Below, piece by piece: positions 31,714 through 42,632 of a DNA stretch of 59,342 nucleotides; the stretch's first letter is position 1, and each line of letters begins with the position of its first letter. The notes beneath the pieces were generated by a model that was given only the letters and a program-made list of their open reading frames with translations, searched no databases and was not told where the DNA came from. The position numbers and the translations under genes are program-made. Source of the DNA: Trichomonas gallinae (Eukaryota); the NCBI GenBank assembly GCA_008369845.1, contig MRSU01003554.1, positions 1 to 59,342 on the forward strand. The letters are read 5' to 3'.

Positions 31714-34700
31714 TTATGTCCATCTTGGGCCATGATTATGATCATCTTGTCTTGGGTTATAGTCTTCTTGTCTTGCACCATAAGGTGTGTAATCAGCTTC
31801 CTCTTTTTCTTCCTTTACTGGGAAATAGTTTCTATTCAAATAAGGCTTCGTCATGTGCAACATCAAATTCTTTTGAACGAAATCGGTTTTGAGAACAATA
31901 TCTAAGAGTGTATAATTAATTATTGAGTTCTCTTCTCCAATTTTTTCGTAGTTGGCTTTTCTTTGCGGTCCGTGATATACATACTCGCCTTGTCCTTTCT
32001 TCAAGTAGTCCTCGAATTCGATAAATGCATCTGATTCAACTCTCTCGATTTGAGAATTGACCTTCGGCATCAAAATGCTTGCGTATTCTTTGTTGCCTTT
32101 CGCGTATTGAATCAGAGCTGCACTCATCGGACTGAGAGTGACTTTGTGGATCAGAGAGCAACCTTCGTGGTTGACCAATATCCTGAAGCAGTCTAACGAG
32201 TTGTACTCAATTGCAGCATTTAGAAGAGTGAAGTCATCACTGGAGTAAACTAAATTTATGTTTAGGCCTTTGCTGATGAATAAATTGAGTATATCTGCCC
32301 TGTTTTTAGAGATTGCGTGAAGAGCCGGGCTGTGAATGAAGAAGAAACCTTCGCAATAATTAACATCGGCGCCATTATTCAACAAACTTTCAATAATTTC
32401 TATTTTGCCGATTCTCGTTGCTAAATACAAAAGCGATGAGTTAGTCGAATCTTTCACAATCATGTCTTTTCCTGACAAAACGGAGAAAACGTTCTTGTAT
32501 GATTTAGTAGCATTAGCAATTTCTATGTCAATGATTTTCTCGATTTCATCATTACTCTTCGTGTTCAATTCGACAGGTGGCAAAAATTGGTTGACTATTT
32601 CATTGAATCTTGGCGTCATTGTCAAGATATTCACTAAAGCTTGAACTGGAGAAACTTCCCTTGAGAAAACACTCTTTACGTCATTAAATGCTTGCGAGTT
32701 GAAATTGTGATAAAGACATAATTTGTTGAAATCGTAGATGAGATCGTATTCGTGGTTTAATTTCGCTTTCTTGTAATATCTCTGCATATCATTCGATTTA
32801 ACAATAATAGGTCTTAGTCTGTAATCAGAGCTATTAGTCCTATCAGCAATATAATCAAATATTTCACGGTCGTTCTTGCAATTTTTCGCGCATTGAAGAG
32901 CAATTTTATTTTCGTAAATTGCTTCAAACGACGCTCCTTTTTCATGCAGCAGTTTAAGTGCATGGAAGTCTCCTTTTGCAATGGCAATATGAAGGGCAGC
33001 TAACAGGGTGCGAGGAGCAATTCTGTATTGGAATATTTCAGTCTTCCTTAATATTTTTGCTTTTGTAGTGCAAATCAATTCGATGAAGAAAAATGTGTCA
33101 ATTGTTGACGTTTTCGGAACAATATTGATGGAGTTGAGAGCTGAATATACAATCAGAATGTTCTCATTGAACTTAGCAGCGTTTGTTTTTAAGTAGTTTG
33201 TGACAGCTTCGCGGTTCGGCAGCATAACTGCGATCTTAAACATCTGCTTAGGTGCCATGTTTCTGCTCGAGAGCTCTTCGAGAGCGTTCGTCAGAGAAGC
33301 ACTGCTCATCCAATTGTTCGGCAATGCTTTGATTAAATATTTTGTTTCGATGATTTTGCATGCTACTTTTGAGCATGTCATGTATGGAATGTATATGTTA
33401 AGTTTTTTGTTTGTATTTATATAAGGCAACAGTTGAGGAATTTGCTCGATGTTTTCCGCAAGTTTTGTCATTGATTGCTCATTTAACTTATCAATGTCTT
33501 CGATGGTAATAAACTGAGCATTCTTTATGTTCGTAATAAGAGCACTTGGTGGGAAATTACGTGACTGCAAAAACTCGTATTGTTCTTTAGTGAAATCAAG
33601 ATATTTGATGAAATCTACGTCATCGCACATCTTTTCGATGTTGATGTGTTCCTTGTTAACTGGATCAGTGAGAATCTTCAAAACATTACTTGGGTCTTGG
33701 TTACATTTGACTAAATACATGTAAATATGCAAAATTTTGTCGAAAACTGCTTTTGAAATCTTCTTTCCATAGAAATATCTCGCCAAATCTGTGCTGAAGC
33801 ATAGTGTTGTAGCAAACAACTCGTAATGTTCATTAATGAAATCTTCAAAATCTTTATTACTTGTTAATTCAACAATAGTTGCTGATAAACTTCTCCATAC
33901 TGATCGTTGAATCAAGCCTCTTACTGTCAGAACATCCATGCACTGCGAGCATCCTTTAGAGAAATATAAGAAATTTAATGTTTCAGCGAAATTGAACTCA
34001 AATGCAATCGAATCTTTGAATGTGTTGAAGTTTATGAACTTTTCTATTGGAATTTTGAGTGTCTCGTTTAATATTCCATTATTGGCAACGAAAAATATCA
34101 TATCTTCACGAGAATAAGCGTTCTTGAAGTATCTTTGAGCTAAGTAGTTCCATACATAAGGCGAGAGCAGTGCTATTTCTTTAATTTGCTCATTTGATAT
34201 CCAATTGGAAGCTTGTTTACAAAGTTTATCGAGGCTGTCGAAGTTATTGATAGATATGGCATGCTTTATTGCCTTAAAAATTGCGCTATACGATAAAGGT
34301 TTGTTGCCAATGAATAATTTGTAGCATTGCTCTGGTGTGAAGTCTGTAGTCGACTTGTTGAGGAATACTTCGTTAACTTCAGGCATTGATGTCTGTATTA
34401 TTTCAAGATATCTCTTATCGATTTGAATGTGATCGAATTTTGGATGTCCTATGATTACTAATGTATGGAAATCATCGCGGCATTCAACAGTAAACTCAAA
34501 CATTGTCTTCAAATATTGCGGTGACATATTATCAATGAGATTATTTAATGTTTCTATGTCTTGGCAGATTTGGAAGCATTTGATGGTGCAGACTGAGATC
34601 TTTGCGATTTCTCGGCTCATTTCATTTATTCCATCCGAAACTAGAATCTCAAGAAGATCTGAAACGTTAATCAAATTGTTTCTCTGAGCCAAAGCGAATA

Positions 34701-35778
34701 TTGCATTGATTGAGTATGTTTCTGTTAATGTGAATTCCAATGATTTTTCGTCTTCATTTTGCATTAAATATGCAAATAAATCATCATTGCGAAACAGCAG
34801 AGGAAGGCTATTGCATTTGCTGAAATCAACCTGTTTCTGCTCGAGAAGACGGAAAATCTCCAAGTTTCCGCCTGCAAGTGCAAATGTTGGATATGGCAAG
34901 TTGAGATCTGGATAATTTTGGTAAATGTAGCGAAAACATTTGATTGCACCATAGAAACACATCAATTCAACAAGCGTAACAAAGCATTTCTCATACATGT
35001 AGCGTGCATTGATATCAAATTCGACTTTTGCTGATTCTTGAATGAAAAAGTTATCATCGTCATCAATGATTGCATCTATGTATTCATGTGGTAGTACGTT
35101 GAATTTTGTTGAAAGAGGGAGCTCAGGATAGATTATTCTAAATACTTTCTGAAGATAATATTCAGGATCAGAAGTTGATAGGAGTTTTGACTCGAAGAAG
35201 CTACCACATTTGCTTTTGTTCATGTAATATTCGAATTGTTGAGTCGTATGGAAGATATTCGTAGCAAGCAATCTAACATTCTTTGAAAGCAAAGAATAAA
35301 GCTGCACGTAGTGCTTAACACGCTTCGGATGAATAAAGACATTAATTTCAAATTCACGTAGGCCAAGTAAAGGATTATTTTCAATGAATTGCAATAAAAA
35401 ATTCGTTGTTTCTTCATCATTTGAGTCGTATTCAGCAAATTTATGTTGTATATCTAAGTAAAGTTCGAATATTTGAGGAATTTTATCGGAATGAATGTCA
35501 ATTGGCGGAAGTAAATAGACTTTATTATTATGTGTGAAATCTTTGAACAATTCACATCGATCTGTGCCTTCAGCTATTTTGGAGATACGACTTTGAACTG
35601 TGGATGGATTATTATTATTGTTATTATTATTATTACCAAAGTTGACAGCATTTCGAGGAGCACCTCCAAAATAGCTATAATACGAGGTAGAATTATTATA
35701 ACATGTCGTGCGCTTGACTTTTAGCCCTAGAGCAGTATCTGCCCTGCGAAAGTAATCAAAAGAAGTTTTATAGGACAT
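31714..35778 (-). CDS. Ankyrin-repeat / DUF3447-type protein (~1354 aa)
   Basis: AIIDDD..., LMCFYGAIKCFRYI and ALAGGNLEIFRLLEQ (DUF3447-like), plus C-terminal ankyrin repeats (LHIAIAKG, LLYLATRIGKIEIIESLLNNGADVN, ALHAISKN). Probable start at 35778 (upstream ATG at 35817). Confidence 0.9.
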   Translation of the reverse strand: MSYKTSFDYFRRADTALGLKVKRTTCYNNSTSYYSYFGGAPRNAVNFGNNNNNNNNNPSTVQSRISKIAEGTDRCELFKDFTHNNKVYLLPPIDIHSDKIPQIFELYLDIQHKFAEYDSNDEETTNFLLQFIENNPLLGLREFEINVFIHPKRVKHYVQLYSLLSKNVRLLATNIFHTTQQFEYYMNKSKCGSFFESKLLSTSDPEYYLQKVFRIIYPELPLSTKFNVLPHEYIDAIIDDDDNFFIQESAKVEFDINARYMYEKCFVTLVELMCFYGAIKCFRYIYQNYPDLNLPYPTFALAGGNLEIFRLLEQKQVDFSKCNSLPLLFRNDDLFAYLMQNEDEKSLEFTLTETYSINAIFALAQRNNLINVSDLLEILVSDGINEMSREIAKISVCTIKCFQICQDIETLNNLIDNMSPQYLKTMFEFTVECRDDFHTLVIIGHPKFDHIQIDKRYLEIIQTSMPEVNEVFLNKSTTDFTPEQCYKLFIGNKPLSYSAIFKAIKHAISINNFDSLDKLCKQASNWISNEQIKEIALLSPYVWNYLAQRYFKNAYSREDMIFFVANNGILNETLKIPIEKFINFNTFKDSIAFEFNFAETLNFLYFSKGCSQCMDVLTVRGLIQRSVWRSLSATIVELTSNKDFEDFINEHYELFATTLCFSTDLARYFYGKKISKAVFDKILHIYMYLVKCNQDPSNVLKILTDPVNKEHINIEKMCDDVDFIKYLDFTKEQYEFLQSRNFPPSALITNIKNAQFITIEDIDKLNEQSMTKLAENIEQIPQLLPYINTNKKLNIYIPYMTCSKVACKIIETKYLIKALPNNWMSSASLTNALEELSSRNMAPKQMFKIAVMLPNREAVTNYLKTNAAKFNENILIVYSALNSINIVPKTSTIDTFFFIELICTTKAKILRKTEIFQYRIAPRTLLAALHIAIAKGDFHALKLLHEKGASFEAIYENKIALQCAKNCKNDREIFDYIADRTNSSDYRLRPIIVKSNDMQRYYKKAKLNHEYDLIYDFNKLCLYHNFNSQAFNDVKSVFSREVSPVQALVNILTMTPRFNEIVNQFLPPVELNTKSNDEIEKIIDIEIANATKSYKNVFSVLSGKDMIVKDSTNSSLLYLATRIGKIEIIESLLNNGADVNYCEGFFFIHSPALHAISKNRADILNLFISKGLNINLVYSSDDFTLLNAAIEYNSLDCFRILVNHEGCSLIHKVTLSPMSAALIQYAKGNKEYASILMPKVNSQIERVESDAFIEFEDYLKKGQGEYVYHGPQRKANYEKIGEENSIINYTLLDIVLKTDFVQKNLMLHMTKPYLNRNYFPVKEEKEEADYTPYGARQEDYNPRQDDHNHGPRWT

Positions 35779-35965
35779 TGTCACTTTTTGGTAAATTTTT
35801 GGAAAGAACGCACACATTATAACAAAGGCATAGCTTTGATTTGTGCTTTCAAGTCAAGGTCTTAATGATATTGCCAAACCTATTCTTTGAGTCCCTGAAA
35901 TAGAAGTCCATGGTATTACACAACTTAGCTAAAAATAGACCACTTTTCGAGCACTAAAAAGCATC

Positions 35966-36170
35966 ATATGTCAAATTACCAAATGTTAAATATCATTTAC
36001 ATGTCAAATGATAAATTACACGTCAAGTGTCAAATACGAAATGTCAAATTACTTGTCAATTATCAAATTGCATGTCAAATGTCAAATATTATATTACGTG
36101 TCAATTATCAAATTACATGTCAAATGTCAAAAGTTAAATTACATATCAAATGTCAAAAGTTAAATTCAAA
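35966..36170. repeat. Array of TGTCAA motifs
   Basis: About 11 copies of TGTCA(A) in 190 bp with irregular spacers, upstream of the minus-strand ankyrin gene. Confidence 0.8.
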
Positions 36171-36473
36171 CAAATTCAGCTTAATACACAAACGTACAAA
36201 ATCAGTTAGAATAATATATTCATCATTATTAAAATTTTCTTATATTCTCACGTATTTTTAATTTATATGCGAGATTTACTTGTAAATAAGATTTCATATG
36301 ATGAAAAAGATGTTAGATACTATATAATCATATATATCTGTGATATATAGAAATTCTTTACAAAAATATATTTTTTTCTATGGAAACAAATTGTGCAGCA
36401 TTGTTTGGACTTCCATGCATTGAAATTTACAGTGCATCCTTTTACAAAATGCATAGTAAAATTTAAAATATCT

Positions 36474-38822
36474 CTAGTTAGGATTTAAATCTCCAAAATC
36501 TTCAAAGAAAACTGGCCAGTGGAGTGCTTCATCGTTTGGCGTGCGGCCATGCATGCACTCTTGTGCAATAGTGTATAAATCAGTTGCGTGATCTGGATAA
36601 ACTTGTATTTGTTTTAAGAAAAATATGTAATAAAGATAGTTTTCTGAGTAAGAACCTGTTCTTTCATAATTCAAAAAGTTCCTTAGTTCGTCCACAAACC
36701 CTAAATCAACACCAAAATTCTTGTATATTGCTAATGTAGCTATTATTATGTAAATTGGACGCTTGTGGATGATGACTCTACTAGAAATCAGTTCATTGAC
36801 ACCAGTCTCATCAACATCTGGATCTGATTGGATAATTAATGAAATAATTATTGCTAAACTAATCGTATCATTGCCAGGACACTTGGATAACACAAGATTC
36901 ATCCAGTCAACACTCATATTGTACATTGAAAAAGCATTTTTATGCAAATTGAGCAAAACTAATATCGTATCTATGATATAGTTCAATGCATCCATTGTTA
37001 CATCAAATTGAATGCTTATCAAAAGACCCTGCATTAATTGTGGCGTCAATTCGTTGTGATCTAGCATGAAAATTGATGCAATTAAGGCGCAAACCGGCTC
37101 AACTGAAGAAACAACGGGTTCATTCAAGTAGTGCTCTATAAATTCCAACAAGTCTGATGTTATAGAATCAATTCCACCAGTATGTATCAATTCTTGACAA
37201 ATTTCAATAAAATTAGAAACATCTCGAGAATTATTGATGCAATTGTCGATGTCTGGCAGAAAATTATCAATAATTTGGCCAATGAGTTCTTTGTTGAAAT
37301 CTTTGTTGACTTCTATGTATTTAGCAATGAATTTCATCGCATTTTTCGAAATAAAGTTTTGAGAGAACTCTATTGACTGTACAAATAACTCTTCTGGTAC
37401 TTGGTGACCTAGTACTAACAATTCATAGATAATCCTGAAGCATTCGTCAGCAATTACGTCACTATTTGAAGATGAAATGATTTGCAGCACAAATTCATTA
37501 ACTCTTTCATTCCATTCGGGTTTCTCTATAAATGTGATTGTTTTTCCAATCATATATAGCAAAGAAGCCAAATAAAACTGATCTGGAATCTGATCTATTG
37601 ATTTCAAAACGAATGCATACAATTCTTCTATGAGAGAGTGCATTGATATGTTATATATTTGTTGTGCAACTAAAAACATCACGTGTTCACATGGATTTTC
37701 CGCTAATAAAAATAAAATAATGTTTTTGTTTGTTTCTCCTATGGATTTTGTAATGTCACATATGTAATCACGACATAGTTTGTCTTCATGCTTTTTACTA
37801 TGAGATAGATATGCTTCTATGTAAAATCTTGGATTATTTTCAAAATCTGCCAATTCTTGTTCGGTAAGTTGGGCTAATGATAGTAATAATGTAACTATAT
37901 CTTGATTCACTGGTATTAATTTTGTCTGGAGAGCTAAACTCTTTAATAAGCTTTCATATATCCAATTTGGAAAACCAGTATGATAGAATCTTATTATATA
38001 CTGTAGTGTGAGATCTATGCATTGATTTATCATTGTATTTATCTCATTATCCTTCTGATGATGAAAATTCAGTATTAAATTCGAAATTAAATCATACAGG
38101 AGCCATGCGACCTCTTGATGCATATCAAAGAACTGTCTATCGTCAGGTATTGAATCAGGAATCGTTGCTAAGTTAGAACAACAAATATTGAAGGCAATAT
38201 TGTGACATAATTTATTAAATTGGCTATAAATTGATTTAAACACTCTAACGGACTCTGCTATTATATGGCATCCTTCGCTGGTTGTTACTAATGCGCTATT
38301 TCCAAAGAATTGCATTAATGGTTCTAATACTTTATTAACTAATTCTTCGTGACTCATTGAAGGCTTCAATTGTACAATAAAACGATAACCAATCATTTTG
38401 TATACTTTTAGGATGTTTATCAGGAAGTTGTAATCAGTTTGGAAGCCAATTAATTGTGATAATTCGGTGATAAATGGAATTAAGTCAAAAACATGTATGT
38501 ATAAGATACAATTGTAGCATTCGATCAAATGTTCTGTTGCAGGATGATTTTGAAGAATAGATTGTTGAATAAATTGAATTATTTGGAATTTAACTGCTTC
38601 TTCTTCTGAATTCAGTTTATTGTATATATTTTTGATCCATATACGTAGTGCTGATGCAGCAAGTGTGTAAATATAAGGTTCGCACTGAGAAGATAATATC
38701 GTGATTACAATTTGGTAAAAATCTTTCTGATTGGTTAACTCGGCGATAGCTTGGAGCGACTGAGCTCTAATTTGTTCATCTTCAGACGAAGTTCCCATTA
38801 AAATTCTAACAATTTCATCCAT
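36474..38822 (-). CDS. Importin-beta family HEAT-repeat protein (importin-7/8-like, divergent)
   Basis: N-terminal IBN_N-like pattern (L..T.S.D..IR..S...I, AASALRIWIKNIY) and ELADFENNPRFYI, with all-helical composition. Confidence 0.75.
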   Translation of the reverse strand: MDEIVRILMGTSSEDEQIRAQSLQAIAELTNQKDFYQIVITILSSQCEPYIYTLAASALRIWIKNIYNKLNSEEEAVKFQIIQFIQQSILQNHPATEHLIECYNCILYIHVFDLIPFITELSQLIGFQTDYNFLINILKVYKMIGYRFIVQLKPSMSHEELVNKVLEPLMQFFGNSALVTTSEGCHIIAESVRVFKSIYSQFNKLCHNIAFNICCSNLATIPDSIPDDRQFFDMHQEVAWLLYDLISNLILNFHHQKDNEINTMINQCIDLTLQYIIRFYHTGFPNWIYESLLKSLALQTKLIPVNQDIVTLLLSLAQLTEQELADFENNPRFYIEAYLSHSKKHEDKLCRDYICDITKSIGETNKNIILFLLAENPCEHVMFLVAQQIYNISMHSLIEELYAFVLKSIDQIPDQFYLASLLYMIGKTITFIEKPEWNERVNEFVLQIISSSNSDVIADECFRIIYELLVLGHQVPEELFVQSIEFSQNFISKNAMKFIAKYIEVNKDFNKELIGQIIDNFLPDIDNCINNSRDVSNFIEICQELIHTGGIDSITSDLLEFIEHYLNEPVVSSVEPVCALIASIFMLDHNELTPQLMQGLLISIQFDVTMDALNYIIDTILVLLNLHKNAFSMYNMSVDWMNLVLSKCPGNDTISLAIIISLIIQSDPDVDETGVNELISSRVIIHKRPIYIIIATLAIYKNFGVDLGFVDELRNFLNYERTGSYSENYLYYIFFLKQIQVYPDHATDLYTIAQECMHGRTPNDEALHWPVFFEDFGDLNPN

Positions 38823-38904
38823 TTATTAAATCAAAAGGACTCCACCACTACTTAATTTTATCAGACCCTAAATTATTATGATACTCTCAATTTTTATTTC
38901 GCAG

Positions 38905-39420
38905 CACAACCAAAAATATAGCATCTTTATTGTCTACATATTTCAATAAGATTCCAAAATAAATAACTTTTTGCTGAGCTTGAATTAACAAATTCAGAAT
39001 CACAAAACAATCATAAATATAGCATCCTTATAATCTACATAATTTAATATTTCAATAAGAGTCCATATTCTTTCATCTTTTGATGATCTTGAATTAATAA
39101 ATTCAGAATCACAGAATAATCATAAATATAGCATCTTTATAGTCTATATATTTCGATATTTAGTAAGAGAACTAAAGCATTCACCATTTGCTACACTTGA
39201 TTAAAAAAGATTGGATTCGTAGAACTATCACTATTATAGCGTCTTTATAGTCTACATTATTCAATATTTCAATATGATCGCATAATTATTCATTTTTTGT
39301 TGATCTTTATTCAAAAACTCAGATTCGTAGAACAATCATAAATATAGGATGTATGATGTCAACATATTTCAATATTTCAATATGAGGTGTAAATCTTGTA
39401 CTTTTTGTTGATCTTGATAA
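38905..39420. repeat. Degenerate tandem repeat, about 5 copies of ~108 bp
   Basis: AAATATAGCATCTTTAT-like cores at 38914, 39015, 39124, ~39232 and 39340, each followed by TCTACAT..ATTTCAATA-like sequence. Confidence 0.85.
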
Positions 39421-39536
39421 TAAAATTCAAAATTGCGAAGAAATTTTGGAAAATTTAATATCTTCTCATCTATATGAGATAGAAAATGGGATAAAAAGAG
39501 ATAAAATTTTCGAAAATCTCCAAACGTATCTTTAAT

Positions 39537-42500
39537 ATGCAGTTCGTTTTTCCAGAAGATGATAAAATTAAAGGCGTGCCACAGAGGACAGAGTGGAGTA
39601 GGCCTCCAAGCTCCACGCAGTCCAGACTTGGGAGGCGAAACATTCAAAGAAACGAATCATATCAACAACAATTTCTCCAAAAGCTCCGAAAAGCATTTGA
39701 CGAAGCAGATCCCGAAAATACTGGCTATCTGGACCAGACTAGGTGGGACTCTTCTGCGATAAAAGACATTATTCACGACGGAACACTAAAAAGACCGGAA
39801 TTTTCGCTGTTTTTCAAGCGCATTGATGCTACTGCAGAGGGGAAAATATCATGGGGAAAGCTAGTACATTATCTTTTAAAGGAAACGAACGGAAGTGACT
39901 TTAAAAAATCTGGCGAAGCAATTCAATTTATCAGAAAATGGCCGATTCCACCTCAAAACAAGAATCAGAGTCATCGAGAAATGATTGTGCAAATACTTGC
40001 ATCATATAAAACTAACGAATACATTACAATCTCATCAGATTCAGTAAGATTTTGGAGTGCTTCGGATCTTGCTTATAAACGCGTTATAAATGACACGTCA
40101 CTGTTTTGCTGCGGTGTAGTGTTCAGTAATACGAGCACGCTTGCTTTAGCCACAACTAATCGTAGATTATTATTTTATGATATCGAAACACTCAATAAAT
40201 TACCAATTCAGGTGTGCGCATCACCAACCGCACGCATGATTAAAGATATGTCGCAAGATCAATCAATGCAAACGCTGAAAACGTTGAAATCTTCAGATAT
40301 GCCGATGTTTAACGTTCCATCTGCATTGTGTATCGCAGAAAACTCAATAGTCTCGGAATATGAAGTTCCTTTCTTTGTTGGTGATGATCAAGGACAAATC
40401 GAAGTTTATAACTTATCTCTTCCAAAGCGAAGGTCAGGAACTGACTTCCACATTGTAAGAACTGCGCACATTAAAATGCACAAAGGAAAAATCACACAAG
40501 TCGATGTAATTAACGCAACAACATATGGATCTTCGAGTTTAGACATGCGTGTTGTTTTCTTCACATATAATCCGCATACAGCGACGATACAGCAGACGAT
40601 GGTCTTCAAAGACAATGAACCAATCTGCAGTTTTGTTTATAATATTTCACAAAAATGTTTAACAACTTGTGGAATATCAAGAGATGCTTATATTTGGTCC
40701 CATGGAAGTGGAAAGAAGATTTCTAAGCTTGGAGGTCATTATAATCAAGTTGTGAAAATATTAAATTACACAACTACAACTAAAGAAAATTACATTGTCA
40801 GTATGACCAACAAGAAGGAGTTTAGGCTCTGGGATGCATCAAGTTACAGATTAATGAAGGAATGGACAGATCCCGCATTATTAAGACCAGAAAATCATTA
40901 TTCTGCTTTGTTTTTCGATCCACTTAGGAACCAACTTATAGCTGCAGCTTCTTTCCCAGTCAAATGGGCTGAAGACATGTCAACGAAAAATGATCAATTA
41001 GAAAAGCGCACACATTCACGTACGATCGTCGGCGTTTTTTCTGCACCAGAGTTTGACCAAATTGTCACAATAGATACTGTCTGTTCCATCAAAGCTTGGA
41101 ACATCACAACCGGAACTGTCGAAAGCAGCCACATTGAGCCTTTAGATGACGACAATTCCGAAATATCAGCTGCTACACTTGATTGCAATGGAAGAACATT
41201 GATCACTTCAACATTTTCCAACAAAGTCGCTCAGTGGAATTACAACAGTGGTACAAGAATTGCGGACTACGACCTCGGACCAGCGAAAAGTTTAGTTTCT
41301 GTCATGAGGTGCTTCCAGTCTCAAGGGAAGGACTACTTAGTTCGCGCTGGCTGGGACAAAGTCGTCTGGCTGTATATAGGACTAAATCAGCAGTGGGAAG
41401 CATATCGATCGTATGTTGGCCACACACATGATATTTCGGAAGCTCGCGGTTTTGCAAATGGCGTTGTCAGCGGAACAGTTAATGGAGAAATATTGTGTTG
41501 GTCATTTGACACAAATGTACCAGTCGCTGCTTGCGCTTTGAAGCCTGCTACTGGTGTTGAATGCATGTTAGTCATAGAATCAACCCTTTTGATAGGCGAC
41601 TCTATTGGCAACCTCCACATTTTGAGTTTACCAAGGTTAGAAGGCATAAAAACACTCCATGCACATGATATCACTGTCAGACATGCACTCACAGCACTGA
41701 CAATGGACAGCAATGGAGAGTTTCTGTATTCTGGAGACTCTTTGGGCTACGTCAAGAAGTGGAAAATCAAGAAACTCGGCGACACTATTGGCCTCGAAGC
41801 TGTTGATATACACAGATGCCACAGAGATGAAATCACAAGCCTCAACATTGTCAAAGATGGCCAAGTGTTAGTAACATGTGGAACAGACATGTGCGTGAGA
41901 TTATACGATGCCGGAGACTTCACATACATCGGATTTTTCTCAGATGAAACTAAATGGGATTACAACGACAAAACGACATGGATCAGCGAGATTCCTTTCA
42001 TTATAGACGAAAGACACTTCAAGCGTGGTGCATTGATATTTGGACAATCATCAACAACCACATTAATGTCTGTTTCTTCAAATGAACAATTTGATGAAGT
42101 TCCACCATCAACATCAACGAAGTCTCTCAAGAACTTGCTCCCTCCATCAACACCTGAGAAGCCGAAGAAGCAGTCTCTCGCTGAATACGCAGCGGAAATG
42201 TACAAGAAGGAGGAGGAAGAACGTCAGATCAAGATACAAAAAGAAACAGAAAAGAAGAAAATCGAGGCGCAAAAAATCACTGATCCTGATTATGACTACG
42301 GAAAGATCATTCGCATTATCGACGATTACATGGATAACCCACCAAACTACATTCCTCAGAGTCTCCCTCAGTGCATGGATAATGAGAACCAGCGCTACCA
42401 GCCTCTCAAGCCAATTCCAGAACTGATGCCGCACGCGAGACCAAATGAGTTGATGATGACAATCAAATCATTGCTTCCTGACGAAGCTCCTAAAGAAGTC

Positions 42501-42632
42501 AAAAGGAAGATCAAGATGCCTATCCTTGTGCAGCCTCAGAATAAAACCAGGCCGTCAACAGCTTCATCAAAGTCGAGGCCATCATCGGCATCATCATTTT
42601 CACCAAAAACATCGCGGAAATATAGAGATTAG
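39537..42632 (+). CDS. EF-hand plus WD40-repeat protein (WDR49/WDR64/EFCAB8-like)
   Basis: EF-hand pair (AFDEADPENTGYLD and RIDATAEGKISW), many WD40 repeats (GH...WD, GWDK, SGDSLGYVKKW, TCGTDMCVRLYD) and a low-complexity tail. Confidence 0.9.
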   Translation: MQFVFPEDDKIKGVPQRTEWSRPPSSTQSRLGRRNIQRNESYQQQFLQKLRKAFDEADPENTGYLDQTRWDSSAIKDIIHDGTLKRPEFSLFFKRIDATAEGKISWGKLVHYLLKETNGSDFKKSGEAIQFIRKWPIPPQNKNQSHREMIVQILASYKTNEYITISSDSVRFWSASDLAYKRVINDTSLFCCGVVFSNTSTLALATTNRRLLFYDIETLNKLPIQVCASPTARMIKDMSQDQSMQTLKTLKSSDMPMFNVPSALCIAENSIVSEYEVPFFVGDDQGQIEVYNLSLPKRRSGTDFHIVRTAHIKMHKGKITQVDVINATTYGSSSLDMRVVFFTYNPHTATIQQTMVFKDNEPICSFVYNISQKCLTTCGISRDAYIWSHGSGKKISKLGGHYNQVVKILNYTTTTKENYIVSMTNKKEFRLWDASSYRLMKEWTDPALLRPENHYSALFFDPLRNQLIAAASFPVKWAEDMSTKNDQLEKRTHSRTIVGVFSAPEFDQIVTIDTVCSIKAWNITTGTVESSHIEPLDDDNSEISAATLDCNGRTLITSTFSNKVAQWNYNSGTRIADYDLGPAKSLVSVMRCFQSQGKDYLVRAGWDKVVWLYIGLNQQWEAYRSYVGHTHDISEARGFANGVVSGTVNGEILCWSFDTNVPVAACALKPATGVECMLVIESTLLIGDSIGNLHILSLPRLEGIKTLHAHDITVRHALTALTMDSNGEFLYSGDSLGYVKKWKIKKLGDTIGLEAVDIHRCHRDEITSLNIVKDGQVLVTCGTDMCVRLYDAGDFTYIGFFSDETKWDYNDKTTWISEIPFIIDERHFKRGALIFGQSSTTTLMSVSSNEQFDEVPPSTSTKSLKNLLPPSTPEKPKKQSLAEYAAEMYKKEEEERQIKIQKETEKKKIEAQKITDPDYDYGKIIRIIDDYMDNPPNYIPQSLPQCMDNENQRYQPLKPIPELMPHARPNELMMTIKSLLPDEAPKEVKRKIKMPILVQPQNKTRPSTASSKSRPSSASSFSPKTSRKYRD

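Noticed and set aside
35966..36170. CRISPR-like appearance of the motif array and of the ~110-bp repeats
   Set aside because: Repeats are short or degenerate, spacers are irregular or mutually similar, there are no cas genes, and the context is eukaryotic.
35968..36261. 97-aa ORF with repeated CQMS/CQI
   Set aside because: It is a by-product of the TGTCAAA array and very AT-rich.
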